DNA from: Caecitellus pseudoparvulus
Taxonomy: Eukaryota; Protista; Bigyra: Bicosoecida
DNA length: 64,000 nt
Assembly (NCBI GenBank): GCA_965644315.1
Contig: CBFFRQ010000078.1
Location: 310,001 to 374,000 of the forward strand
Direction: 5' to 3'
Both the position numbers and the translations under genes were made by a program. Positions 12,643 to 24,401 of this stretch are shown here, piece by piece (the stretch's first letter is position 1; each line of letters begins with the position of its first letter). The notes under the pieces were generated by a model. It did not search any database. It was not told the origin of the DNA and saw nothing but the letters and a program-made list of their open reading frames with translations.

Positions 12643-15600
12643 TCAAGCCTTGCGTCGTCGTTTGGTGGAGGATTGTGGGGGCGCCAAGTGTGCCAGATGT
12701 GCTGGCGCCTGAGCGAGGTCGGCGCTCTCCACCTCCAAGTCGCTCTCCAGGTCGCTGCCCTCAGCCTCGTCCTCGCCCTCGTCGCTGGACCACGCCGCAG
12801 AGCCCAGGACGGCCGTGTTGGCCGCCTTCTGGATATCGTCGGCAGTGACCAGGCCCCCTGAGTTCGACAGGTGTGAAGCAAGCGCAGGTGCGGCCCCCTG
12901 CACGCCGCCCACAACTGTGCCTGCTGCGTCAGACGTCTTCACGCCCAGAGACTGCAGTGCCACAGCGGACGTGATATACCGCTGGGATGTGCCTGTGGGC
13001 AGCAGGGGCTGGGCCATGAGCTCCGCCAACTCCTGCCGCATGGCGCGCTGGGCGCGCGCCTGGGCAGGCGTGCGTGCAGCGGACCTGTTGGCTCGCCCAC
13101 CCATGCGGGTGGACTGTGTAGCGCCGCCTGCCGCTGTGTGCAACACCGCCATGTCCAGGTCGTCCTCATCATCAGGCAGGCGGGAACTGAGAGCCCCGCG
13201 GCCGTCCCCCGTGCCCACCTCGCGCAGCATGTCCTCATCTGCAGCCAGATCACTTGCCTCTGTGCTGCGCTTGAGCCACAGCTGGTCTGCGGCGGTACGG
13301 GCCGTGTCACGCTCCGCAGCCAGGATGCGCTTGACCAGGGACAACCGCGCGACCACCTGGCGGTGATACCTGCTGTCCAGGACGAGGCTAGGCAGCCCCT
13401 CTGGCATGTGCAGCGCTGAGAGGAGGCGATTGTACCCCGGCAAGTCCCGTGGGGAGACGAGGGCCACCGCCTGGCCGTTCTGCCCTGCTCGTGCCGCTCG
13501 GCCAGAGCGGTGCACGAACGTTTCCGGCTCCTTTGGAAGGTGGTAGTGCACGACACTGGTGATGCCAGGCACGTCGATTCCACGAGCCACAACGTCTGTG
13601 CAAATGAGCACCGATGGCGATGACGTCGCGAAGCGGTTCACGCGCTTGACGCGCTGCTTCTGCTGCAGGTGCGCGTGCAGGGCGAAGGTGGGCAGATCAA
13701 GCAGTTCGCAGGCGGCAGCGACATGCTTGAGGACGGAGATGGCGTTCACAAACACCACCACTCGCCCGGGGTGTGTCAGCAGGTAAGTGTACAAGGCCTC
13801 GGTCTTGTCCGCCTCGGCACACACCACCTTGAAGAGGCGCAGGCCAGACGGCAGTGCCATGCGAGTCGCACCTTCCAGACCAGGCGCTGCGGAGCCCTCG
13901 CCTTCTGTCACGTCACCCCAGCGCAGGACTGAGGAGTCCGCGGGAGTGTCTGTCTTGGCAGCAGCCTTTGCTGGAGCCAGGGAGCGCTCAATCGACACGA
14001 TGGCGGGGCGGGGGCGCATGCCCACCCGGTGCTGGATGATTTCCAGCGGGCTCAGCCCGACCAACTCGGAACGCAGCCTGAGCTCTTCGCCCTTGGTCAG
14101 GGTGCCACCAACATTGGCAGCACTGATGGCTGCGCGTATGAGGTCATCGGAGCTCGTGCCGCCGTGGGCACCTGCTGTGAGGGTGGCACTGAACAGGCAC
14201 GTTTGGCGGAATCCCCGCCCCGTCCACTGCACGGGCACATGCTTGGCGCCAGCGCCAGCTTGGTCGGTGGACGGCGCAGTAGACTCTGCCAATGCTGCAG
14301 CAGCAATGTCATCTGTGCTGTCCTCCCGCTGTGTGCCGGGGTGCAGGGCGTGCAGCAGCGCAGCCAGGTCGGCAAAGTGGCCCGGCGCGACCAGCCTGTC
14401 AGCCTCGTCCAGCACGAGGAAACGCAGGGAAGTGCGGAGGGAGGACAAGTGTGCGTGTTTCCCACTGCGAACCATGTCCCACAACCTGCCTGGCGTCGCC
14501 ACGACGATGTCTGGGCGCCGCTTCAGCATGCGGCTGTGCTTGTGCTGGCTCAGGCCGCCCACGACAGCCACACACCGCAGCACTGTGCCCTGCAGCAGAG
14601 AATTGGCGTGGTCACGCACTTGCAGGGCCAGTTCCCGGGTGGGGCACAGGATGAGCGCCGGCAGGCCGTCCCAGAACCTGGGAAAGTCCGTCACGGCATC
14701 CCGTGCCTCTGTCGGCTCAGGTGGACCGGCAACATCCGCTTCGCCAGCCGCCGCCTCCTCTGCGTCCTCCCCACGAAGGTAGGCCGCCACGGCAGCAGCA
14801 CCAGTTGGTGCGGAGAAATGTCTGTCATGCTCTCGGACGAGTTCTGCCAGGGGGGAGGTGGTGCGGCAGACCCCAAGGCCTCGGCGAGCCCGTGCGACGA
14901 GCAGGCGCTGGACGATTGGCAGGAGGTAGGCCAGGGTCTTGCCGCTGCCCGTCTCAGCGGTGCCGATGACATCCTTGTGGTGCAGGAGGGCTGGTGGCAG
15001 GGTGGCTTCTTGGATGGGGGTCGGCTTCGTGAAGCCCTTCAGCGCCAGAGCACGCAGCAGCACTGGGTGCAGGTTCAGCCCATCCCAGGCAGACAGGTCC
15101 ACCATCATCCACGCATCTGGGTCGCTGCCGTCAAGAGTAGACTTGGCCAGCTCACCCAGTTCAGCTGTAGGTGCAGTCCATGCCTCGCTGCGTCGAGAGC
15201 CCCCCTGCTCGGCCTGAGCTGGTGTTCGCTGTCGCTTGGTGCCTTTCGATTTCCGCACGGCGACAGGCGCACTGCTGTCTTGAGTTTCAGTTGGTTCAGG
15301 CTGCTTCGCAGCTTGCTCCTTATTAGATTGTGTCTTGTTGCCTGCATCCAGCTCCTTCTTTTGGCGCTTCTCTCTCTGCCGTGCCTTCCTGCTCTTCTTC
15401 GCCTTCTTCTTGCCGGCGGCTGGCTTCCTGCTGCGGTGGTGTAGGGGGAGCGTGGGTCGGCTGTCACGCAGGCAGCACAGCGCGCCTGGTCCACGCACGG
15501 CACAATGACACCCCCTGCTTCATCAGTCTGAGTCACGGTGTACGCGTCGCCTGTGCATGGCGAGGGGCGGCAGCGTGCCGGGACTCGCCGCAGCAGCAAT

Positions 15601-15805
15601 CACTGCATGCACACGCACCCTCAACGACTTCCAGGCCCAGGAAGCCACCATCCTCAAAGCTGGTGGTGCCAGAGTGCAGCGCTGTCACGTCCACACTCTG
15701 CCAGGGCAGGTCCCCCCCGCTGGAGTCCTGTGCCACACCCTGGATGCTGGGCAGACCCAGCGCTGAGGACGGCACAGGCAGCCAGCCGTCGCCTTCCACA
15801 GACAT
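12643..15805 (-). CDS. DDX24: DEAD-box RNA helicase DDX24/MAK5-like (ribosome biogenesis)
   Basis: Q motif GFTKPTPIQ, AETGSGKT, PTRELALQ, TPGRL, LVLDEADRL, SAT, ARGIDVP and HRSGRAAR. An upstream exon (15533..15805) carries WQSVDV...EDGGFLGLEVV, resembling the Mak5/DDX24 N-terminal motif. Lys-rich linker. Confidence 0.88.
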
Positions 15806-16356
15806 GCTGCGTTGCGTACTTGAGAGTCAAGTGTGCGGGGCTGCGCCGCTGCCGATTCTCAGCACACCTGCCGCGGGGTGGAGGACGGTGGAGATTTGTT
15901 TGGAAGTGCGGTATGCCGCGGAGAGTGCGGTGGCCCGATGCACCCCGCCTCGCGAGCTGCGGAGTGCCACACAGCACCAAGACGGGAAACCAAGAATGTG
16001 GAAGCATTGCTTCAGTTGGGGTCGCAACTATGCTTGTCGCTGGCTTGGCAGTGGACGCTGGGCGCTGGTCTGCAGAACGCGTGAGCCACAGGTGGACCCC
16101 AGCAGGCACCCGCAGCAGGCAAGGGCGGGTCACATTGACAAACCGTCAATCAAATCCCACCTTTCCGCACAAGGTTGCCCTTGTGCTGTGCTTACTGCCG
16201 CCAGTGCTTGGCCAGCGCCCCCTTTGTCGGCGCACGGCGAGCGTGCGGAAATAGAGCCCTCCGCCGACGAGGCGTTGCAGCGAAGGGCAGCGGCTCAGGG
16301 CGACTGCAGACTGCCGTGCACGAAGTTTGCACATTTAGACGCTGCTTTACAGCGAC

Positions 16357-19300
16357 ATGGCAAGCTCCGAAGTTGTGGCATGGTTCGACAAGGTGTGTGC
16401 GCCGGCGCCGAGTAGCGGAAGGTGCGGTGCACTGCACATGCACCTGCCTCACCCTGCGCTTTGCCGTTCAGGTGGAAGCGGCGGTGCAGAAGCACCCCAA
16501 GCGAGTGGGCAAGGTGAACGGCATCATCAAGTTTGTCATTTCAGGCTCGTCAGAGTGGGTCATTGACGTCAAGAACCAACCTGGCTCCGTCCGGCAGGTG
16601 AGCGCCGAGGCACGTGCTGGCAGCGTGACACTTGTTCAGCTCCAGAGCTGCCCCTCCCACCGCTCCCAGGGCACTGTGGACGACGCGGATGCCACCGTCA
16701 CATACACCTCTGAGAAGGCCTTTGTGGACATCGTGACGGGCCGCATGAACCTGGTCAATGCCTACTTCAAGCAGAAGTTCGTGGTGAGTGACCCAGCCCC
16801 CTGGAGCCCACGCCCACAGCACAGCTGGACACCCACGGATGCCCCCCCATGATGCAGGCGGAAGGAAACACCAAGTTGTTGGAGAAGCTGACCAAGGTCA
16901 TGGACAGCATCGCCAAGGAAGAGAAAGCGGCTGCCGCCGCCCAGCGGTCCCACACAGCTGCTGCAGCCGCCAGGGCACGCGCTCCCTCGTATGCTCTGGG
17001 CGGTGAAGGGGAGGGGGGGGACTGGCAGGAGGGGGAAACCGCCTCTACAGGGGGCATGGGCGCGTGGGCGCGCAGTGCGGTGAGCTCTCTCTTCGGGGGA
17101 GGCGGAGGGGGCGCCGGCGGCGGCGAGGGGGGGCGCCTGGATCGTGTCCCCCACATGGGGGAAGCCAGCCCCGCCTCCCCCACACAGGGCCAGTGGCTGC
17201 CTGACCACCTTGTGAAGCACTGCATGATGTGCAGCGTCGGCTTCAGCATCTTCCAGCGCAAGCACCACTGCCGCATGTGTGGCGGCATCTACTGTTCCGA
17301 GTGCTCCACGCACAAGTTGGAAGGGCAGCGCATCTGCGACCTGTGCTACGAGCGCGCGCACAACCTGAGGTCGGCCCGCCTGGCGCACATCCTGGGCGAC
17401 CACACGCCTCTCCCCCCGCCAGGTGTCTCCATCACGCCCCAGCCCGCGCCCAAGTCCGCCAAGCGCCGTGGCGCTGCGCCTGCCAAGGCTGGCGGTGGGC
17501 AGGGTGCCACTGCCCCCTCGCCGCAAGGCGGCCCAGCTTCTGCTGTGGGCACAGCCAAGACACACACGTCTGCAGACTCAGCACGGGATCGATCTGAGGT
17601 CGCGCAGGCGTACTCCGCGCGCTATGGTGCAGCCCCTGCCATGGCGGCCTCGGCAGGGTCCGAAAGCAAGTTGCTGAGCGGGCAGCGGGAGGAGGACAAG
17701 CCCGCCGTTCTCATGGCCCGATCCGCCTCCACAGGCATGCTCACCTCTGCTGCTGCTAAGGCTGCTGTGCAAGCTGCTGCACCTCCGGCGCCCGCCCCAG
17801 CCCCCGCCCCAGCTCCAGCTCCAGCCGCCGCAGTGGCAGAGGCGACGGCGGGCGCTGCGGCGCCCTCACGGGTGGTAGGGCATGGAGATGAGGCTGCCGT
17901 CGCGATGAATGATCGCATGTTGCAGTTGGAAGCCAACTTGAAGCGCGTGCAGGGCGAGTTGCACGCAGCCACCCACGCCGATGCCCTGCCGCCTGACCCA
18001 TTTGGGGTACTGTTGCGCTCTGAGCTGCTGGCAGCGGTGCTGCTGCCACTCTTGTATGCCCTGGCACGACTGCAGTGGTGGGTGCTGCCCATCACCTGCT
18101 GGAGCGTGGCAGTGGGCGTGTCGCTGCTGGGCATCGGGCAGGGCTGGACCCTGGGCAGCTGGCTCGGAGGCGCACTCATGTGGTGTGCCGATGGGCTGTT
18201 CAGCTTGCCCCTCGCCCCCCTCGCGTCGGCCGTGGGCGTCATCCCGCTTGTCGGCGGCGCTGCAGCCCAGGTCCTGGATGCCCTGCGCCCCAGCTCACTG
18301 CTGTGGTTGCTGGGCGTACATGGGACCGGTGCCTGGACGGCGCTGCTGGTGTGGTTCTGGCTGCTCCTGCCTTGCGCCATCGTGTACGCCGCGACAGCTG
18401 AGAGCCCCGGCATGCAGCTGTTCCGCCGGCGCATGCGCGTGTATGGCCTGGGCGCCACTGTCTTCTTCGACTACAAGCTGGCGGAGTGGTTCACGTCTGC
18501 CGCCGCGCGTGGCATTCGGGAGGGGGAAGACGACGTGGCGGCGGCCCGGGGGGACGATGACGTTGCCGGGTGGGTGTGGGAGGCTGTGCACCGGCGCAAC
18601 GCTGCTCGCGTCATGAGCCTCATGCTGGACCTGCGTGGCCTGTGGGTGAAGGCGGGGCAGTACCTGTCCTCCCGCCCAGATGTCATGCCCGACACGTACA
18701 TTCGCACCATGTCCCAGCTGCAGGACGGCATGCCAGCCCGGCCGCTGTCGGAGGTGCGCGCCGTCATCGAAGCCGACATGGGGCGCAGTGTGGACGACAT
18801 GCTGACGGAGCTGGATGCCACTGCCTTGGCAGCTGCCAGCGTGGGGCAGGTGCACCGGGGCGTGCTGCCGGATGGCTCGGCAGTGGCCATCAAGGTGCAG
18901 CATAAGGGCATGGAGGTGATCTTGGACCAGGACTTGAAGAACCTGGGCACCATGCTGGACATCCTCACGTGGGCGGCGCCCTCTTTCGACTTGAAGAGCA
19001 TCATGGACGAGTGGAGCAAGGAGGTCGCGGGGGAGCTGGACTTCAAGCAGGAGGCGTCCAACACGGAGCGCGTCCGGCGCAACATGGCCGCCGCCAAGCT
19101 CAACGTGACCCTGCCCCGCATCATCCCTGGCCTGGTGGGGGACAAGGTCATGGCCATGCGCTTCGTGCCGGGCGTCAAGGCCTCCGACCGGGCGGCGCTG
19201 CTGGAGGCAGGGGTGAACCTGGAGGCCTTCGTGCACGACATCTGCTGCGCCTTTGCCCACCAGATCTACGTGGACGGCTTCTTCAATGGCGACCCACACC

Positions 19301-22287
19301 CTGGCAACATCATGGCTGTGCAGCGGGGCGAGCTGCGGCGGGGCGAGCCCTTGTACCAGCAGTGGCTGCGGGCTGAGCGTGAGGGTGCTGGTGCCAGCTC
19401 CATTGGCGTGGAGGATGGCGTGGACATGCTGTACCCGTACAAGGCGGGGCATGACGCTGACTGGATCCCCGTGCTGCTGGACTTTGGCTTGACGAAGAGC
19501 CTAGAGCCGCCCATGCGCCTGGCCTTTGCCAAGCTGGTGGTGGCGGGGGAGGAGATGGACTACGCCATGCTGCTGGAGGCGTTCGATGAGATGGGCATGA
19601 AGTTCTCCTCAGAGTCTGCGGGGGCCGACATGGAGAACCTGCAGCACATGTTCCGAGACGCCCTGCCAGCGGACGAGGCCCGGGCGCAGGCGGCCAAGCG
19701 GGAGGAAGAGAAGGCCGCCAAAGCCGAGGCGGTGAAGAAGGCGAAGGAGACGGCAGCCGCCAAGCGTGCCGAGCGTGCTGCTGCACGCAAGGCGGGGCAG
19801 TCTGTGCCTGAGGAGGAAGAGGAGGAGGAGGAGCGGCAGGTGGACGCCTGGCCCTCTGAGCTCATGTTCTTCCTGCGCTCCTCGGAGCTGCTGCAGGGCC
19901 TCAGCAGCCACTTGCGGGTGCGGTACTCCTTTATGGGCACCATGGCCGCTGCTGCCCGCACTGGCCTGAAGCTGCGGGTGCCGGCCTCGGCCAGCCGACG
20001 CACCATGGTGTACCCGGCTGCACCCCCCCTCACGACGCTGACGCAGGGGGGGGACCTGGTGCACATGGCGCCCACGGTGGGGGCGGGCATGGACTCAGAC
20101 GAAGACGAGTACACGCCCCTGCACTACGGGGAGGTGCTGTCCGTGCTGCCTCCCCCTGTGCCGCCACCCTCCCGGCCCTGGAGCCACCTGGAGAGCCTCG
20201 TGGCAGACGCGGTGGGGCAGTGGATCAACGCAGGTGGCGTGCAGGGCATGCAAGTGAGCGTGTGGCGGGGCGGCGCCTGCCTCGTGGACGTCGCAGCGGG
20301 CTCCATGGGCCCCCTGGACTCGCGGCCCGTGACGCCGGCCACTCTCTTCCCCGTGTACGGCGCGGGGCGCCTGGCGGTGGCGGCGGCCACGCAAGACATG
20401 CTGCAGACTGGCGCCATTCCCAGCTTGGAGTCAAGGGTGTCCGAGGCATGGCCTGCATTTGACCAGCATGGCAAGGGCGGCTGCACGGTGCGGGAGCTGC
20501 TGTGCTGCCGGTCGGGCGTGGAGGGCGCCTGCGCCGACAAGATCTCCACGCGCAGCCTGGCGGGGGAGGGCTTTGACAGCGGCGTGGCGGCGGCGGCGGC
20601 GGTGCGCCCCATGCTGCTGCCCTCCTACGCTTCGGCCTTGCGGTCCGTGGTGCCCAGCGACACGGCCCACGTGGCCAGCCCACGGCCTGGCATTGGCTCT
20701 GGAGATGCCAAGCACGGCTATGTTTGGGGCGAGGATGCGTATGGGGACGATGACGACGCGTTCATGGAGGGCCTTCCACCGCCAGACCTGGGCCTGGCGG
20801 CAGGGCCCACTCGGCACCAAGAAAGCGTCGCGCACTTGTACTTTGGTTGGGGATGGGCGGTTGCTGGCTGGCTCGCGGCTGTGGGGCAGGGTGGCCTGCC
20901 GCCCACCACTGCAGGCGCCCCCCCACCGCTCAAGACCTCCGCGCCGCCAGACACCACTGGCCTGCAGGCCATCGCGAAGGTGTTCCGGGAGCACGTGCGT
21001 GCGCCCTATGCCCTGGCGGCTGAGTGTGTGCTGGGCACGCTCAGCGAGCACGCTGACGAGCAGGCTGCCGTGCTGCTGGAAGGCACCCACAGCCCCGCAG
21101 GCACCGAGGCAGAGGCTGCCCGCAAGGCTGCAGCGTGTGCGCTGACCCAGCGCCGCCCGAAGCCCAACGCGGCAGGGGAAGTGGGCACGGGGGCGGACTG
21201 CATGCACCGCCTGGCACCCGTGTCTCTCAGTGTGGATGTGGACCTGGACGACGCCGAGGGCACCGCGACGCCTGGCACACACCTCGCGTCGCCTACCAGT
21301 GGGGACGGGGACAGCGACGAGGCGCCGCCTGGCATGCCCGGCAACACGGTCACCATGGCGGCAGCCCTGGCGGCAATGGAGCTGGTGGGCACCATGGAGC
21401 GCGGCCTGGAGGACCTGGAGGACCTCTGCTCCGGCGGCAAGGAGCATATTATGGACCCCCGCCTCGTGAACGGCCGGGTGGCCCAGCGCTGCCCCCTGCC
21501 CAACCTCAACGTTCGCGCGTCAGCCCGGGCCCTGGCGAAGATGGCTTCCGCCCTGGCAGGGCGCCTGGCGAGTTCTGGCGCTGACACGTGGGGCAACGAG
21601 CCCGCCGCAGCCTTTGACGATGCGACAGCTGCACCCGCAGCGTCCACGTCAGCCGGCACGGGCATTGCTGAGGTGGACATGTTGGTGACCACCCGCCGCG
21701 TGTACCCTTCGCGCCCGGCCGCCACGCAGGTGGTCCAGGCCCTGCGTGAGGCGGCCCCTGGACGCCACGTGGACTTGGTGGGCAACGCAGTGCACACGTA
21801 TGCTCGCATCCCCAAGGGTGCCGCCCTGCCCCCCGCGGGGCCTGTGTCCCCTGACCTCGCCCGAGCGCTGGACCCTGTCGTGTTGCCCTCTGGCCTGCCG
21901 CGAGCTCTCGTCACGCAGCACACGCTGGCCCCAGCGACGACGGTGCAGGCGTGCCGTGGCTTGGGCCTGCGCCCCATGCTGCTGGACACTAACCCGGGGC
22001 CCGTGGAGGCGCTGGGCGCAGTGGCTGTGGAGCACCCCATGCTCAAAGCCAACACCTCAGCAACCGCGTCGCCCCGCCCCAAAGCACCCTCTGCCGTGTC
22101 CCTGGGCTTCGGTGTCTTTGGCCTGGGCGGCAACTTGGTGTTCGTGGACCCTGCCAACAAGAACACGGCAGTGGCCATCACCGTGTCGCAGCTGTCGCGA
22201 GGGCGGCAGCCCTCTTTGCGCATGCTTGCCGTGCTGGCACGTGGCCTGGGCATCCGAATCCCCGCCGAGCTCACCGCCGAGCTGTGA
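16357..22287 (+). CDS. Multidomain protein: SCP2 sterol-binding domain + FYVE finger + hydrophobic TM region + ABC1/ADCK atypical kinase + degenerate beta-lactamase-fold domain
   Basis: Exons 16357-16392, 16472-16597, 16670-16783 and 16858-22287 splice in phase 0 at GT..AG. SCP2: WVIDVKN...DADATVT...AFVDIVTGRMNLVNAYF...EGNTKLLEKL. FYVE: WLPD...CMMC...RKHHCRMCGGIYCSECS...RICDLC. ABC1K: WVKAGQYLSSRPD, AAASVGQVH, VAIKVQH, GDPHPGN, LLDFGL. Beta-lactamase-like: GMQVSVWRGG...LVDVAAG...TLFPVYGAGR. Confidence 0.9.
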
Positions 22288-22301
22288 TGCCGCCCGCGTT
22301 G

Positions 22302-22317
22302 AATGCAAGTATGCATT
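22302..22317. terminator. Paired candidate polyadenylation signals (AATGCA on + at 22302-22307, on - at 22312-22317)
   Basis: AATGCA-AGTA-TGCATT in the 42-bp gap between convergent stops at 22287 and 22330. Confidence 0.65.
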
Positions 22318-22329
22318 GCTGCTTCGCCT

Positions 22330-24281
22330 TTACTCGTTGCTCACCAATGCCGCGCTGTGCAGCTTGCCAGCTGTCACACCCACAACCTTGGGGCTGCCGG
22401 CCATGCCCGCGGCAGTGGCCGCAGCGCTGATGGCATGAACCTCCACCGGGTCCAGCCGGGCCGCTGCCACACTCTCCAGGCTGTCGCCGCGCCCCAGCTG
22501 CCCCTCCCTGCCACGGCCGGTCACGAACACGCGGTTGTCATCAGTCAGGAACACCGTGTGTCCCCCCGCTGCTGCGTCCACAACCTTCAAGCCCAGCAGG
22601 CCGTCCACTGACCGTGGTGTGCCGGCGTTGGTGCGGTCGCCTGTGCCCAGTTGGCCGTCCTTGTTGGCACCCCACGCAAACACTGTTCCGTCGTTTGCAA
22701 GGGCCAGCGAGTGGTACTCCCCAGCAATCACCTGCGCAAGGAAAAACCGTTGGAGTGCGTGGGAGCACAGCAACCTGAAAAAAACGACTGAACACGCATG
22801 GGGACCCTGAGCACACAGCACGGACAAGGTTCAGATCATCTAGTAGCTGAGCGATCCTCAGTGCAGCATGAAGCTGACTCGGACTTCAACGAGAAATAGC
22901 GATCATCAACACCCCGCCCCAACTCACACACACACACACACACACGAGCACACGGCACGGACAAGGTTCAGATCATCTAGTAGCTGAGCGATCCTCAGTG
23001 CAGCATGAAGCTGACTCGGACTTCAACGAGAAATAGCGATCATCAACACCCCGCCCCAACTCACACACACACACACACACGAGCACACGGCACGGCCAAG
23101 GTTCAGATCATCTAGTAGCTGAGCGATCCTCAGTGCAGCATGAAGCTGACTCGGACTTCAACGAGAAAAAGCGATCATCAACACCCCGCCCCAACACACA
23201 CACACACACACACACACACGAGCATACAACACAGCCACAAAAGCACCCATTGTACACCAGCGAAACTCACCTTGACGATGGGCTTGCCGTCGAAGCCAGA
23301 CACTTGGACGGGCTCACGCTCTGCGCGGTTCTTGAAGCCCACGCCACACTGGCCGTACTCGTCTGAGCCAAAGGCAAAAACTTTGCCGTCGGCGAGCAGC
23401 ACCACGGTGTGGTCGCTGCCGGCTGACACATGGATGACGGGGCTGCGGAAGCCTTGCACCAGTGTGGGCTCCGGGCAGTCCTTTCGGGAGCCATGGCCCA
23501 GCGCGCCGTAGTGCCCGCCACCCCACGTGTACAGCTCGCCCTCCCGCGTCAAGGCGACTGAGTGGCGGCGCCCCGCTGCCACCTGCACGATGTCCTTCCC
23601 CTGCAGGGCCCCGCCGACCTTGCCTGGGACTCCAGGGGAGGCGGCACCTGCCCTGCCCACGGGGCTGGCCCGGCCCTGGGCGCCCCAAGACCACACCGTG
23701 CCAGTGGTGTCCAGCGCCAGCATGTGCATGCCGCCGACGGCGATGGAGGCCACGCGGCAGTCGGCAGGCAGGCCAGACACCCAGCGAGGGGAGTCTTGGT
23801 TGGGGGCGTCGCCACCGTCGCCGTGACCCAGCATGTTGTGCTTGCCACAGCCGAAGGTAAAGACGCTGCCGTCTTCGCTGATGGTGGCAGTGGCAGAGCT
23901 GGAGAGGGCGGCAAGGTGCAGTGTGTGCCAGTGCTGGGTGGCGTATTGCGGGAGCGAAGGACGCACCTTGCTGCTCCGCTAGTGACGTTGAAGATGGTGT
24001 GCTTCGACAAGGCATCAATCTTCGTGGGCTTGAAGATGTCCTTCTCGTGCCCCAAGCCCAGTTGGCCTGTGGGGAGGCGGGGAAGGCGCGGCGGTTCCAG
24101 GCAGGGAAGGGTTCAAATTCCGACCACCACAGCGCCGCCGCCGCCACGCACCGTACTGGTTGCTGCCCCAAGAAAAAACCTCACTGTCTGCCGAGACAGT
24201 CGTGCCCACAAGCCAGGCAGCCGAAGCAGCTGCCGTGGCGGGCGCAGCAGCCGCAGCGAGAGCTCGCACGGCGCTGTACAT
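22330..24281 (-). CDS. RCC1-repeat (beta-propeller) protein with a possible mitochondrial presequence; host gene of the intronic snoRNA array
   Basis: Repeated RCC1 motifs (VFSWGSNQYG, VAAGRRHSVALTREGELYTWGGGHYGALGHG, VSAGSDHTVVL, IAGEYHSLALANDGTVFAWGANKDGQLGTG). The N-terminus MYSAVRALAAAAA is Ala-rich with no acidic residues. Short introns plus one 539-nt intron (23270-22732, GTGAG...GCAG). Confidence 0.9.
22826..22915 (-). ncRNA. Box C/D snoRNA, copy 1 (dual guide, 18S and 28S rRNA)
   Basis: Minus strand reads GGGGT-GT-TGATGA (C) ... ATTTCTCGTTGAAG-T-CCGA (D') - CAGC/GCTG hairpin - CTGAGGA (C') ... CAGCTACTAGATG-AT-CTGA (D)-ACCTT. The terminal stem GGGGU/ACCUU with a 3-nt bulge fits a k-turn. 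Guides complement the conserved SSU CUUCAACGAGGAAU and LSU CAUCUAGUAGCUG. It lies in an intron on the host sense strand. Confidence 0.88.
22963..23052 (-). ncRNA. Box C/D snoRNA, copy 2
   Basis: Identical to copy 1 across boxes, guides and terminal stem. Confidence 0.88.
23098..23187 (-). ncRNA. Box C/D snoRNA, copy 3
   Basis: As copy 1 except one A>T change at the distal end of the 18S guide (GCTTTTTCTCG versus GCTATTTCTCG). Confidence 0.86.
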
Positions 24282-24401
24282 GCTTGTGCAGGTGTCAGCA
24301 AGCCGGCAATGCACACGCCTGAGCGAAAAAAGGGGAAGGAGGGGCGGCAGGCTCGCGGGACGTGGGACACGGTGGTGTTTAAGTAAAGTGACTGGGGTGC
24401 A

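Larger units (their letters stand above)
22809..23219. repeat. Tandem repeat, 3 units (137, 135, 139 bp), each carrying one snoRNA and a (CA)n tract
   Basis: Units start with GAGCACAC at 22809, 22946 and 23081. They are near-identical, differing in CA copy number and a few substitutions. Confidence 0.97.

Noticed and set aside
22809-23219. Tandem repeat read as a CRISPR-like array or a plain minisatellite
   Set aside because: There are no unique spacers or cas genes and the context is a eukaryotic intron. Box C/D architecture and rRNA complementarity explain it better.
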